Source: the human T2T-CHM13v2.0 reference genome, Homo sapiens. Taken from it: a stretch of DNA of 64,000 nucleotides. Below the pieces are notes generated by a model, which searched no databases, was not told the origin of the DNA, and saw nothing but the letters and a program-made list of their open reading frames with translations. Positions 44,417 to 57,725 of the stretch are shown in pieces. The position numbers were made by a program, and so were the translations under genes. The stretch lies in assembly GCF_009914755.1 (NCBI RefSeq), contig NC_060926.1. One strand, given 5' to 3'. Each line of letters starts with the position of its first letter. The first letter of the stretch is position 1.

Positions 44417-46247
44417 TGTTATGGAATCTTTGGGGTGCTGCTTTTCTCGGAAACTTGTGGCTAGTGGCGCCTTGCCCTAGTTTTGCTTAGGTGTGCTGGG
44501 CTTGTTCCATCCACTCGGCCTGGCAGTCTGTGCTCAGCTCACACTAGCAGCCTGGATCCTGTGCCTCTAAGGGAGACTGCGAAACAGGTGTGGAGTGGCC
44601 AGAGGTGTGTGAGCAAGCGTGGGGTCCGGCTACTTCGCAGTCACAAATGCCAGCTGCTGTCCTAGCGTGGGCAGCCCCAGGTGCTGGCATGGTTGCTGGA
44701 TGTGGCGCATCACAAGCAGCTTCCCTGGCTGGACTGGGGAATGCTGTGGTGCCCGGAAGCTTGGAGATGCCAGGAACCACAGGGCCCCAAAGAGGGAGTC
44801 ACAGCCCTGTCTCAGGGATCTCCCTGGTCTGGGCTCCCCAAAGGGCTGCAGCTCTTCTCTCCTCTTCTCTTCCAAGGTGGTTAACAAGGGGCATGTTAGC
44901 CTCGCCATTCAGTGGGTCCCAAGTGCTTGCTCTGCGACCAGAAAGAATGAAGTATGTAGACAAGTGAAGGCCGAGCAAGATGAAGAGAAGCTTTATTAAG
45001 CAATGGGACAGCTTAGAGAAGACACACAATGGCCGGCTCTTCTCCACAGCCAGGGTATCCCGATGAGTGTTTAGCTCCTAGCAGAGACGGTAGCTCCCCA
45101 TTAGGCAGGTCGTCCCAGTAAGTGTTCAGTTCTCAAAAGAGAGGGTAGCTCCTCTCTCCAGCTGTTCTTCCCGACAAGTGTTCAGCTATCAGCAGAGAGA
45201 GTAGGTCCTCTATGTAGCTGGTCATTCCATTCTCTGGAGCTCTTGGCAGAGAGGAGGCCATGGAGTGAGCGGCTCCTCCATGCAGGCAGGTTGTCCCATC
45301 GTCTGCAGCTCTCGGCATGGGGGGTAGCTCCTCTCCTCCTCTCTGCAGCTGGTTGTCCTGTTGTCTCTCTGTCCTCTGCTCTGCTTTGTCTCAGCCTGGG
45401 ACTTTTCTGGCCCTCAGAAGGGAGGAAGTGTCTGCCAATTGGTCCATGGGTAGCCATGGGCAGGCGGAAGAAGCCATGGGCCCAGGCTGCTTGCCCCAAA
45501 GGGTATCTGCAGGCCAGTGCCGAGCTGCCCTCAGCCCCCACCTCGGCTGAGGCCCCAGCCCTGCTCCAAGATCAGAGCGGGCGCCAGGCGCAGGGAAAGG
45601 CCAGGCAGCAGAAGCATACACCTCTGAGCTTGCAAGGGCAAGGGGGGGCCTTCCTGAGCCTCCAAGAGTGCAGAGAGGCTCGGGTCCACAGCCGCAAATT
45701 GGGCAGCTGCAGCTACGCCCAGGGGGTTGGAGATCCTGCCTGCTCCCGGCTCCCACAGGCTCCGTGGCATGTGCAGGCCCGGCAGTGTCCCCTCGCAGCC
45801 TGGGGCAAGGGCTTAAGGTCCTCTCTGGGCCTAGGCCAGCAGGGCAGGAACAACGTCCCCCCATGGCTCCGGTATTCAGGGGCGGCCCTGTGCAGAGCCT
45901 CCTCCCAGGGTGCAGGAACCCAGCACCCTTGGCGGGATGGGTGCAGTGACTATGCAGCGGGTGGGGTCCGAAGTGGGTGCTGCTCTCACTTCCCACCCCG
46001 GTCCCTGAAGCACAGACCCAGCTACGCCTCCTACTGGAGTAGCGAAGTGGGGCCAGGGTCTCCAGCTGCAGAGGCTCTGGGCCTGGGGGCAGGTCCCACC
46101 CAGCCACGGAAGTGTTGGGGTGGCACAGTTGGCTGCCTCGGGGACACGGGGCATCGGGGACCCATCAGTGCCATTGCTGCTCCTGCAGCCGCCCCTGCAG
46201 CCACCTCCCAGGCACCCCCCACTCCAGATGGCCCACCGCTGCCATCA
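44417..46247 (-). mobile_element. MER52-family (ERV1) solo LTR, ~1.83 kb, GC-rich
   Basis: Minus strand TGATGGCAGCGG...TAACA termini; perfect 4-bp TSD ataa (44413-44416 / 46248-46251). Confidence 0.9.
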
Positions 46248-46334
46248 ATAACACAGTGGAAAGATTACACATTTTATAACCCAAATTTTGGAATTTAACA
46301 AGTTACCTATAACAAGTAATATGGTATGTACATT

Positions 46335-46538
46335 GGAACTGGCAGCCGGGTCCCCAGCCTTCAGGCCACTTGCTGGCCTGAAAGTGGGGCCTCTGGGGAC
46401 CTGCCCACTCTGCCCAGGAGGCCATCTGCCTCTTGCTGCCCCATGGGGCCCAGGCTGCTTGCTCCAAAGGGTACCCGCAGGCCAGTGCCAAGCTGCCCTC
46501 AGCCACCGCCTCAGCTGAGGCTCCAACCTTGCTCCAAG
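46335..46538 (-). mobile_element. Orphan internal MER52 fragment outside the LTR's TSD
   Basis: 46441-46540 aligns to 45474-45572; flanked by atatggtatgtacatt / atatgatatctacatt. Confidence 0.9.
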
Positions 46539-46594
46539 ATATGATATCTACATTAGATACCATATTACTTGTTAGCCACTATAGATTTTAGTGT

Positions 46595-46880
46595 TCAAGA
46601 AGCTAAATGTGAGTAAACAGCATGATGTGACCCCAACAAAAATGAATGGTTATTTGGTCTACTTTAACGTAATATTGAGAATCAGGAAATACCATAATGC
46701 TCTGGGTTGAATTACATTAAATTCATTGAATTACACTGAATTTTGAGGACTTCACTTTAAAGGTAACATATACAAACTGGAAAGCATTTATATGGCTTTT
46801 AGAATAATGAAGAGGTACAAAATATTTGCCAAGAAATATTGAAAAGAATGAAAGTAACTAACTTAAAGGAGAAAGAAACA
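46595..46880 (+). mobile_element. L3/CR1 LINE relic (probably also ~43990-44410)
   Basis: aagctaaatgtgagtaaacagcatgatgtg...cactttaaaggtaacatatacaaactgga resembles the CR1 RT C-terminal region. Confidence 0.6.
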
Positions 46881-46997
46881 TTATTTTCCCTTAGTGAAAG
46901 AAGTCATAGCTCAAGGAGGTTAGGCAGCAGTGAAACATGGTTGGGAGGTTAGGGGATTTGTCCTCAAGTTGCCTTGGCATAAGAAATGCTAGAGGAA

Positions 46998-47065
46998 TAT
47001 ATATATATATGTATTATATATGTAATATATATGTTATATATATAATATATGTATATATAATATAT
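46998..47065. repeat. (TA)n-rich tract
   Basis: Direct observation. Confidence 0.9.
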
Positions 47066-50000
47066 TTTATAGATATACTAAATCTAACCATATTACTAAT
47101 TACATTAAGTGTTAATGGTCTAGATTCCTCAGTTAAAAGGCAGACCTTGACAGAATGGATAAAAATTCAAGACTATTCTATATATTATTAGGAAGGTATT
47201 CACTTTAAACTTGAAGAACAGATACATTGAAATAAATGGATAGAAAAAGATTTATTATAAAAACTACAAATATAATTAGGTTGGAGTAAATATTTTAGTA
47301 TCCAATAAAAGAGACTTCAAGACAAAGGATTTCAACAGACTGAAAAAGAAGCACATTTATAAAAGAAACAATACACGAGCAAGACATAACACATATAGCT
47401 GAATAAATCTAATAATAAAGCCTCAAAATACATAAAACAAAAATTTATAGAATTAAAAACGGAAATACAAAAACCTATAATTTTAGTACATTTGACATTC
47501 TTCTCTGCAAATGTGTCAGATAAACTAGTAAAAATGTAATATGCTGGAAGAGCTGAACAACAGTATCAAACATTTTACCCAGCTGATATTCATAGGAAAC
47601 TACTTCAAATGACTGCAAAAAGAAAGAATTTACTTTTGTTTCAGGTGTACATGCTATTCACCAAAATAGAGCATTTCCTGGTGCAAAAAACAATCCTCAA
47701 TAAACACCTAGTGGTTTAAGTATTTCAGAGTATATTTTCTGATCTTAACATAATTAACAAATAAATAATACAATATTTATGAAAATTACAATATGTGAAT
47801 ATTAAACATCACACTTCTAAATAATTCCTGAGTTAAATACCAAATGACAAGGGTGATTAATTTTGAATTGAATGGTAATGAAAATACAACATATAAAGAT
47901 TCGAGGGTGCAGCTATAACATTCCTTAGAGAGAAAGATATATATTTAAATGCTTATGTTAAAATAACATGCAAAGTCAATGAACTAAGTTTATTTATTGA
48001 AAGAAATAGAAAAAAGTAGATTAAAAAAACCAAAGCTAAGACAAGGGAAACAATTATTAAGAGTAGAAATCAATAAAATAAAATAAAAAACCAGAGGAAA
48101 AAAAACAGTTGGTTTTGTGAAAAGGTCAATGTAACTGACAAACTTGTAGCTGTACTGAACACAACCAAAAGAGAGAACATAAGTCACCAATACATGGATG
48201 AGAAAAAGATTTCACCAATGGATCCTACAGACATTAACCAAATAATGAACAGAGAGTATGGTCAAGTTTATGCCAACAAATTTGATGACTTCAATGATAT
48301 AAATAAATTTCTTGAAAAATAACTTACCAAAATTGATACAAGAATAAACACCAAATCTGTATAGCCCTATTGCTAATAAAGATATTCACTTTGTTACTAA
48401 AACCCTTCTCCAAAAGAAAGGTCAGACCTAGGTGGTTACTTCGGTGAATTCTATCAAACATCATAGAGAAATAACATTAATCTTACAGAAGCCTTTTAGA
48501 AAACAGAGGAGGTATATTCACTGTCTAATTTAGTTTACGTAGAGTTATGATGCCAGCATAACCCATAGTACCAAACATGACTAAAAAATTACAAAAGAGG
48601 AAATTATAAATTGATAGTCATCATGAAAACAGCTGCAAATAACCTTGGTAAGATATTGGGAAGCTAAATTCAACAGTAAAATACATAATTACCAAGTGTA
48701 TTTTATCCTGGGAATGTATGTTTGGTATTAATGTCATTTACCATATTGATAGAATAAAAGAGAAAAATAAAAGAATTTCAATAGGTGTAGCAAACATATT
48801 TTAAAACGTCAACATACATCTATAATGAAAACTCTCAGCAAACTACAAATAGTAGCAAATTTCCTCAAGTTGATAGTGCGCATGCAAGAAAAAAAATCTA
48901 AGGCTAACAATATATTTGATGATGAAAAGATTTAATTGTTCCCATGACATTGGGGACCAAGAAACAATGCTGGTTCAGGATGGCCTAGTTTTATATATAG
49001 GGAAAAAATTCGTATAGGAAAGCCTAAAACTATCTCTGTCTTCAGACAAATGTGACTGTTTATGTGGGAAATCCTAGACAATCTGCAAAACAATTTTTAG
49101 TAAACAATTAAAAACACAATTTAAAAAATCAGCTTACAGTAGTAGTTCCCAAACATCTAAAACACTCAGGAATAAATCTAACAAAACATGTCCAAAATAT
49201 TCACACTGGTAACTGTGAAAAATTGCAGAGAGAAACTAATGACCTAAACAAAAGGGGAGATGTACCATACATATGGATTGGAAGACCCAATATTGTCAAG
49301 ATGAAAACTTTGGCCAAAATGATCTATAGATTCAGTGCAATCTCAGTTGAAATTACAGCAGTACTTGTTTTCTAGAAATTGAAAAGCTGATTCTAAAAAT
49401 TATATAAGAATGCAACATGTCTTTAATACTAATGCAATTTTTACAAAGAGGAGCAAATTTGTGGGCCTTATCCTATCTGATTTTAGGTTTTATATTTGTA
49501 TTTAGATAGAAATGTAGATAGACTCAAACATATATGGTATATTAATTTTTGATAAAGGCACTTAATTGGGAAAGAAAAATCTTCAAAATGAATGATGGAG
49601 AATGAACTCAATAGCTATGCAGGAACAAAATGAACATCCATCCTTACCTCACAGTATATAATGTTAAATCAAAATGGACAATAGATCTAAACATAAAACC
49701 TAGAATTGTAAAAATTCTAGAAGATAACATAGAATAAAAATTTTGTGACTTTCATCAGAGTCAACATGTTGTATTTTGGTCAAAACAAGGAAAGAAAAAT
49801 TGATAACCTGGACATCATTCAAATTTTCAAACTTTGCTTTTCAAGTCACTACTAAGAAGACAGAAAGACTGCAACACACTTGAAGAAAATATTCACTACA
49901 CATAAATTAAAGGACATGTAATATGAATGTATAAAAAACTTGCATCTCAATAATAAAACTAACAAACCAATTAACAAATGGAGAAGCAATTTGAACAGAC

Positions 50001-50112
50001 ACTTCATAGGATATATTCATAGCAAATAAACATATAAAATGATGCCCACTATCACCACTCAGAGAAATGCAAGTTAAAACAATGAGATATCTCATTAAAA
50101 TTATAATGTGTC

Positions 50113-51290
50113 TGAGTTCATTGTAGATTCTGGATATTAGCCCTTTGTCAGATGAGTAGATTGCAGTAATTTTCTCCCATTCTGTAGGTTGCCTGTTCAC
50201 TCTGATGGTAGTTTCTTTTGCTGTGCAGAAGCTCTTTAGTTTAATTAGATTCCAATTGTCAATTTTGGCTTTTGTTGCCATTGCTTTTGGTGTTTTAGAT
50301 GTGAAGCCCTTGCCCATGCCTATGTCCTGAATGGTATTGCCTACGTTTTCTTCTAGCCTTTTTATGGTTTTAGGTCTAACATTTAAGTCTTTAATCCATC
50401 TTGAATTAATTTTACAGGAAATTCAAGAAAAAAACAAACAACCCCATCAAAAAGTAGGCGAAGGATATGAACAGACACTTCTCAAAAGAAGACATTTATG
50501 CAGCCAAAAGACACATGAAAAAATGCTCATCATCACTGGCCATCAGAGAAATGCAAATCAAAACCACAATGAGATACCATCTCACACCAGTTAGAATGGC
50601 AATCATTAAAAAGTCAGGAAACAACAGGTGCTGGAGAGGATGTGGAGAATTAGGAGCACTTTTACACTGTTGGTGGGACTGTAAACTAGTTCAACCATTG
50701 TGGAAGTCAGTGTGGCAATTCCTCAGGGATCTAGAACTAGAAATACCATTTGACCCAGCCATCCCATTACTAGGTATATACCCAAAGGATTATAAAACAT
50801 GCTGCTATAAAGACACATGCACACGTATGTTTATTGCAGCACTATTCACAATAGCAAAAACTTGGAACCAACCCAAATGTCCAACAATGATAGACTGGAT
50901 TAAGAAAATGTGGCACATATACACCATGGAATACTATGCAGCTACAAAAAAGGATGAGTTCATGTCCTTTGTAGGGACATAGATGAAGCTGGAAACCATC
51001 ATTCTCAGCAAACTATCACAAGGACAAAAAACCAAACACCGCATGTTCTCACTCATAGGTGGGAATTGAACAATGAGAACACATGGACACAGGAAGGGGA
51101 ACATCACACACCAGGGCCTGTTGTGGGGTAGGGGGAAGGGGGAGGGATAGCATTAGGAGATATACCCAATGTTAAATGACGAGTTAATGGGTGCAGCACG
51201 CCAACATGGCACATGTATACATATGTAACAAACCTGCACGCCTGCACGTTATGCACATGTACCCTAAAACTTAAAGTATAATAAAAAAAT
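50113..51290 (+). mobile_element. L1PA4-like, 5'-truncated with twin-priming inversion (inverted 50113-~50413; sense ~50414-51290)
   Basis: TSD ttataatgtgtc (50101-50112 / 51291-51302). ORF 50467-50982 is the ORF2 C-terminus ([18 protein letters not shown]). The 3'UTR has an 8-bp duplication cctgcacg x2 at 51233-51248. Confidence 0.95.
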
Positions 51291-51658
51291 TTATAATGTG
51301 TCATATAATAAGACACACCCATTGGATTGGCTAACAGATAGCTGATCATACCAAGTGTTAGTGAGAGTACAAACCAACTGGAACTGTCATACAGTAGTGA
51401 CGGAATTGTAAAATGGCACAGCTGCTTTAGAAAACTGATTTACAACATTAAAAAAAAGGTATTTCATACTAACCAGCCACTCTATGCATATATATATAAT
51501 ATTACAGAATAAAACAAAGAATAAGACAAAAAGTCCATATAAAAATTGTAATAATCAAAACCTGAAAATAACCCAAATGTTCATCAACAGATAAATGGAT
51601 AAACAGATTATGTCATACCTTATAATCAAATACTACTTAACAGTATAAAGGAAGTTAA

Positions 51659-52072
<414 letters not shown>

Positions 52073-52319
52073 TAATTTATTTAATTCAAAGTAAACCATA
52101 ATGTCAGAAAATGAAATAGTTTTGCCTGGGGGTAGGTTTGAGGGGAGGAAGGAGATTAAAGAAAGGTATGATGGGTGATGAAATTATTTTTAAAATTGTG
52201 ACTGTGGTGGTTATTTCATAGGTGTATTTATATGTCCAAATTTAATAAATTATATAATTTAAATATGTGCAGTTTATGATGTTTCATTATATGTCAATAT
52301 AATTGACTTTTAGGTTTAG

Positions 52320-52620
52320 GGCTGGGCGCAGTGGCTCATATCTATATTCTCAGCATTTTGGGAGGCTCAGGCAAGAGGATAGCTTGAGCTCTGGCATTCA
52401 AGACCAGCCTGTGCAACATAGTGAAATCCTGTCTCTAGAAAAATAAAAGTAGAAATAATGAGCAAGGTGTGGTGGCCATGCCTGTGGTCATAGATGCTCA
52501 CAAGGCTGAGGCGGGAGGATTGCTTGAAACCAGAAGTTGAGGCTGCAGTGAGCCAAGATCATGCTACTGCACTCCAGCCTGGGTGACAAAGACACTGTCT
52601 GGTGAAAAAAAAAAAAAAAA
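52320..52620 (+). mobile_element. AluJ
   Basis: gaggatagcttgag and aggctgcagtgagcc J-type diagnostics; A-tail; flanks ttaggtttag / taaagtttag. Confidence 0.92.
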
Positions 52621-52959
52621 TTAAAGTTTAGAAAAATATAGCTGTAAACTTTATTGACGATACATGGAGTTAATGAATTTCTACAACAATTAAGAATAGC
52701 ATAATCTTTTTATAGTCTTACTCTTAATATGTGATTTTTCCAATGAAACCATTTAATTATTATTTCATTTATATTAATTTTATTTGTATTTAGGTATAAT
52801 GTACAATTTATTTATAGACTCTAAGCCTAAGAAATACTACAATATCTGAATCTTTTTTCTTTCCCTCCTTCATGCTTCTATTTTCTCTTCCTTCCTTCTA
52901 CTCACTCTATCTTGAGATGATTTTAAGTTAAACTGATTAATATTCTGAATTTAGAATAT

Positions 52960-53930
52960 TCAACTCTTTTAACTTAAATTGATTTCTATAAATCATGTTT
53001 TTGGTTTCCTATCTAAAAAATTATTGCCCAGCTAAAGCGAAAGAAATTAAATAAGGTAAATAAGTGGGTAGATACACTGTATTATGGATCAAAAATTCAA
53101 TATTGCTAAGGTACTCTTTAATTGAACAATAGATTCAACAGAATTCCAATCAAAATGTCAGAAGGATTTTTTTGGATAGAAATTGACAAACAAAAATAAC
53201 TTTAAAAAATAACCTTACAACTTACATGGATAATGATTTTTTTCACTACTTTCTCATAGAAGTTTTAGAATTTTAAGTTTTACATTTAAATCTATAATCC
53301 ATCTTTACTTATTTTTTGTTTATGGTTCAAGGTATAAGTTAAAGTTTACTTTTTGTTCTGACACCATTTATTGAAATCACTTTCCTTTTCCCACTGAATT
53401 ACTGTTTTACCTTTATGAAAAATTGGTTGACCACAGATTGGTTTCTGGACTTTTTATTCCTTTCTACGGATTGAGTTGTCAATCTTGACATCAACTCTAC
53501 ATTGTCTTGATTTCTGTAGCTTTATAATAAAATCGTGAAATTAGGCAACGTAAGTCGTCCACGTAAGTTGTAAGGTTCTTTTTTAAAGAAGCTTTTTTTT
53601 TTTTTTTTGTTCAATTTCTACCAAAAAAGAAAAAAAACTGTTGACATTTTGATTGGAATTTTGTTGAATCTATTGTTCAATTTAAGAGCACCTTAGCAAT
53701 ATTGAATCTTTAATCCATAATACAGTCTATCTATCCATTTACTTACCTTCTTTAATTTCTCTCAACAATATTTTGCAGTTGTTAGTGTACTGATCTTGCA
53801 CATCTTTTGTCAGATTTAACCCAAATAATTTTACTGTAAATTGTGTTATTTAAAAAAAAAAATTTTCTGATTTTCATTGCTATCATATAGAAACACAATT
53901 AATTTTATATATTGATACTGATTTTTACAA
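52960..53930 (-). mobile_element. Old L1M ORF2 fragment containing an inverted copy of part of itself
   Basis: Minus-strand L1 motifs (caccatttattgaa; tttgattggaattttgttgaatcta); 53039-53230 is in the opposite orientation. Confidence 0.8.
53039..53763. repeat. Long inverted repeat, arms 53039-53230 and 53558-53763, spacer 327 bp
   Basis: Core 53042-53160 vs the reverse complement of the right arm: 10 mismatches in 119 nt by hand count. Confidence 0.93.
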
Positions 53931-53939
53931 ACTAATTTG

Positions 53940-54515
53940 CCCTAGGCAATATTTCTCCAAGAAAAATGCAAATTCAGAAATTGGAGCGGGACAGAAAAAA
54001 CACCATAAGAAATGCAAGTTCATCTCCATATAAGGACTGGAACATGAAGGTTTACAAAATTGCAATGTTAACTTGTAGTACCATCAAACTGGGTAACAAC
54101 TCAAATGTCCATCATCAGGTGAACAGGTAACTAATTTGTGCTATAGCCATACAATTAATTATTAATCAGCAATAAAAATCAGTGAATCATTTCTACATGC
54201 AAAATACATGAACAAATAAAAAACTAATTACACTGTGTGAAAGAAGTCAGATTTTTAAAGGTACACATTTTACCTTTCAATTTTTATAAAATTCTAGAAA
54301 ACACCGTCTAATTTATAATGACACAGAGCAATTCAGTAGCTGTGTAGGGATGGGGTTGGGGAGTGGCGGGCATGAGGAAACTTTTGGGTTAATGGATATA
54401 ATTCAATATTTTGACTAGGATGATGGCACACATGTGCAAAATTGTGTCAAATACTACAAGTTAAATATGTGAGGTTTCTTATATGTCAATAATATAGCAA
54501 AAAAAGCTGTAAAAT
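53940..54515 (+). mobile_element. Old L1ME-type 3' end
   Basis: aactgggtaacaactcaaatgtccatcatcaggtgaacagg...tgtgaaagaagtcaga...ttatatgtcaataatatagcaaaaaaagctgt. Confidence 0.75.
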
Positions 54516-56439
54516 TGCTAAGTATATCTCAGAATTATCAGGGCTGTGAAAAATGTAAAGGGCTGTTATAAATATAAAAAGAATGCACCATTAGAGACTT
54601 GGTACTTCTCAATCATGAATATCTCAAGCCAATGAAAAAAATATAATGACTGTAAATTTGGGATATCATTATAGCTTTATATTTCAGGAAACAATCACAC
54701 TAATTGCATCTTTCTGATAATGCTCCCATGCTAGTAAAATATTAAAATAAAATAACACATCCAAAGAAATTAGGATAACTCATGGAAAGTAGAGGCCCAA
54801 TTTCTTTATCCTTTCTTTTTTTGCCATAGGTATAATGGTATTTCATATTTATTGCATTATTCAAGAAAAATACTTTCAACAATATATACGTGAGTGACTG
54901 TCTCATGCTAATTTAACTTAAACACCTCAAAGGAATCTATAATGAACTGTATTAGCCATTTGCATTTCATACTTTTAAAAATAAAGTCAAACAGATTTGC
55001 ATGATAACTCTAGTGATTTTCATTCCCTAATTACTCTAATAGCATCTCTAATGGTGCCAAATTTTCTATGAAATTATTGGCAAAAATACAGACTTTTAAA
55101 AAATTACAGAAGCATTTACAACGTGATTAGCTAAAATAAATAAATGTATACTAGTAAATAATAATAAAGTAAGTATTCAGGGAAGACCATATTCAGAAAT
55201 ATCATATATTATACCTTCCTTCATGATATGTTTCTTTTGAATTTTTTATAGCCAGTACTTCTGAGGCATTTTAATTTTTCTATTGTAAATGATAATTATT
55301 ATCAGATTGATATAAATTTTATCATTCAAATGTGCTTTTATTATTGTTTTGCAGAAAATTTATCCCTTATGAATGGAAGATATCTACTACAGTCAGTGTA
55401 ACTTATTGCACAACAACAAAAAAGAAATAAATCTATAATTTAGGTGTTTTCATTTCTAGATAAAATGTGTTCTTAAGGATAGATTTTTTTTCTGAGAATA
55501 AAGGTTAATCATGGATTATTTTTCGTGGAGATACGAAATGTAAATTTTTAGTACTAAGGCAACATGAATGTGGAGACACCGTCACAGTCATAAATCACTG
55601 GGTATACTGACAAGTGCCTGAGACACTGACAAAATTCTTCTTAATTTCCATAATTTTAAAGGGATAAAAATTCATTTGACTAAACATACAATATAGGGCA
55701 TTTTGAGTTAGTATTTTGTATTAGTTCAACTACAATTCAAGTTAATGATTAAGAGTTTTAATATTCATGAAGAATGGAATTTTTTAACCCTAATGGTGAC
55801 CCTTCTGTGCTGGCATTTTTTTTTTTTATTACCAGCTCTCAATTTAAAGTAGCTTCAGATAATTAGAACATCCAGATTTTTTTCCCTCTTTTCCCAGAGC
55901 TTAAGCTTTAAATTAAATTGTCATGAAATTGTTTGACACTTTTCTGAATACCCTATGGCGAGATGAATTTTATTTAATTTTTTGTGCAAAACAGACTTAC
56001 TTTATAAATAATCATTATTCTGACTGAACAACATTTTACAAGCATCTTAGAAACCCAGTATAAATTGTTGAAAATAAATGACATTGAACAATTAGTGTTA
56101 AATTGATTTTTGGGGTTATTAATGTTATTTTTTCTCTGAAACAAAAATAGTAGAGAAATCCAGTTTTGACTGCTCATACGATATGGCAATTTTTCAGTAA
56201 AATATCCATAATATTAATATTTTCTAATAATCATAATTATAATGCAGTAAATATAATCTGTGATAAACATTTCTGGTGAAAGTGTAATAGAGTATATCCT
56301 TTTCTCTTTATAGTTTTGAAACTGAGATAAGCATGCTACTCAAATATTCATTTTTAATATAATATAGATAATCAGAAACACATATACTGCTCTGGCTTAA
56401 ATATTTGGGAGGGCTCAACAAATTTGTTATCATCATATT

Positions 56440-56660
56440 CATTGAAAGTTTATATTGCAGTCACTATGTACCAGGATTTTTATAATTTGGTTAATGTGTA
56501 TTGCCTCATTTATGTTATCCTAACTATTCTTGTTAGGCAATATTTCTCCAAGAAAAATGTATTCCTCATTCCTCATTCACAGATATGGAAACTGAAATTA
56601 ATTATGCCAAGATTCCCATTGTTGTGATGCAAATCCCTTGTCTCTAAAAGCCATACCCTT
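56440..56660 (-). mobile_element. MIR, decayed
   Basis: cactatgtaccagg...cattcacagatatggaaactga...tgccaagattccca...ctctaaaagccatacccttca. Confidence 0.65.
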
Positions 56661-56849
56661 CAAATTGTTTCCCTTCTGTTAGGTTATAAGTGTAAATACT
56701 AAAAAAAGATGAATTTCTTTCTCTCTAGGAAATTAATATAAGGTAGTTGATTCAAACGAGCCAAAAGATGTGAAAAAGAGAGCTTAATATTTTGTAACCT
56801 AGTTACATTTACAATAATATACAATAACTTAGTGTTTAAAAGTAAAGAA

Positions 56850-57560
56850 ATGCCTGGTAGGGTAGCACAGATGAGAGACAATTAACTCTGGTATCACTGG
56901 AGGATTAGAAGGTGCATGTGAAAGTCTCCTTGATGATGTCCCGAAAAAGCAGTGAGCATTGGCCACTCTAAAAGTAACAAAAGGGGATGCAACATCAGGG
57001 AAAAGTCTGTGCAATAGGCCCAATAAAACAAGACACCTGGGTTTTGCTAGCAGGCTCAAATCACCAGAACACAAAAGGACTAAGACTCTCTGTCTGCTAA
57101 TCTTATTCTAAACAACTCCGATCATACAATAATTAAAAAAAAAGACATTGAGATGGGACAAAGCGCTCAGGGTATGTAGAGAGGAGTTATATGTATTGGG
57201 CAATTAACTTAAACTGAAGCCATAAGAAAGAGAAGCCATGAGATAGATGAGTGTTTTAGAAAAAAAGGATGTTGGTTCAACGGATTATAGATTCCAACTG
57301 AGTTCAGGCATTGATGGAATTGGGATATTGGAAAGAGTTAACTGGGCAACTCTTTCCCAAGAAGATTGTGATAAAAAAATAACTCATGAAATTAAAATTA
57401 TGGAAACTTGTTGCTAATGATATGCTATAGTGTATGACTATGGTGACAAATGGCAGAGGTGATGTAGAAGACATGATCAGCTGAGAGAGAATTCAAGGAA
57501 ATGAGTGGTCAGTTGTGTTGAAGAAACTTCTTTGCAGGTGTTTAAAATTTAAGAAACATA
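56850..57560 (-). mobile_element. L2 relics
   Basis: Purine-rich with decayed L2 3'-region motifs; boundaries approximate. Confidence 0.4.
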
Positions 57561-57725
57561 ATTTAAAAGGTAGCATTTAAGGTAGGGCATGCTAGTACTT
57601 ATTTCAGAACTTGGAAGGGCAAAAGAAATGTATATGCCCGAGGGAAAGCATATGAAGATTAAAATGGGGAGGAATACTAGAAACACAGTAATTTCTATCA
57701 TCATTTTGCCAGTGGCTAAAAAATA

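Noticed and set aside
45243-46298. 351-aa ORF and many overlapping ORFs on both strands
   Set aside because: They lie in a GC-rich MER52 LTR where stops are scarce. The start is TTG rather than ATG, the composition is A/G/P/S-rich, and no domain is recognisable.
50139-50413. High identity to positions 1-275 of the window
   Set aside because: Both are young L1PA ORF2 sequence; family homology, not a local duplication.
50467-50982. 171-aa ORF with a CCHC-like motif
   Set aside because: C-terminal fragment of L1 ORF2 in a truncated, promoterless copy.
56617-56634. SOX-OCT-like composite (ttgtgatgcaaat), also an octamer near 28185
   Set aside because: Single motifs in AT-rich or MIR-derived DNA are expected by chance.
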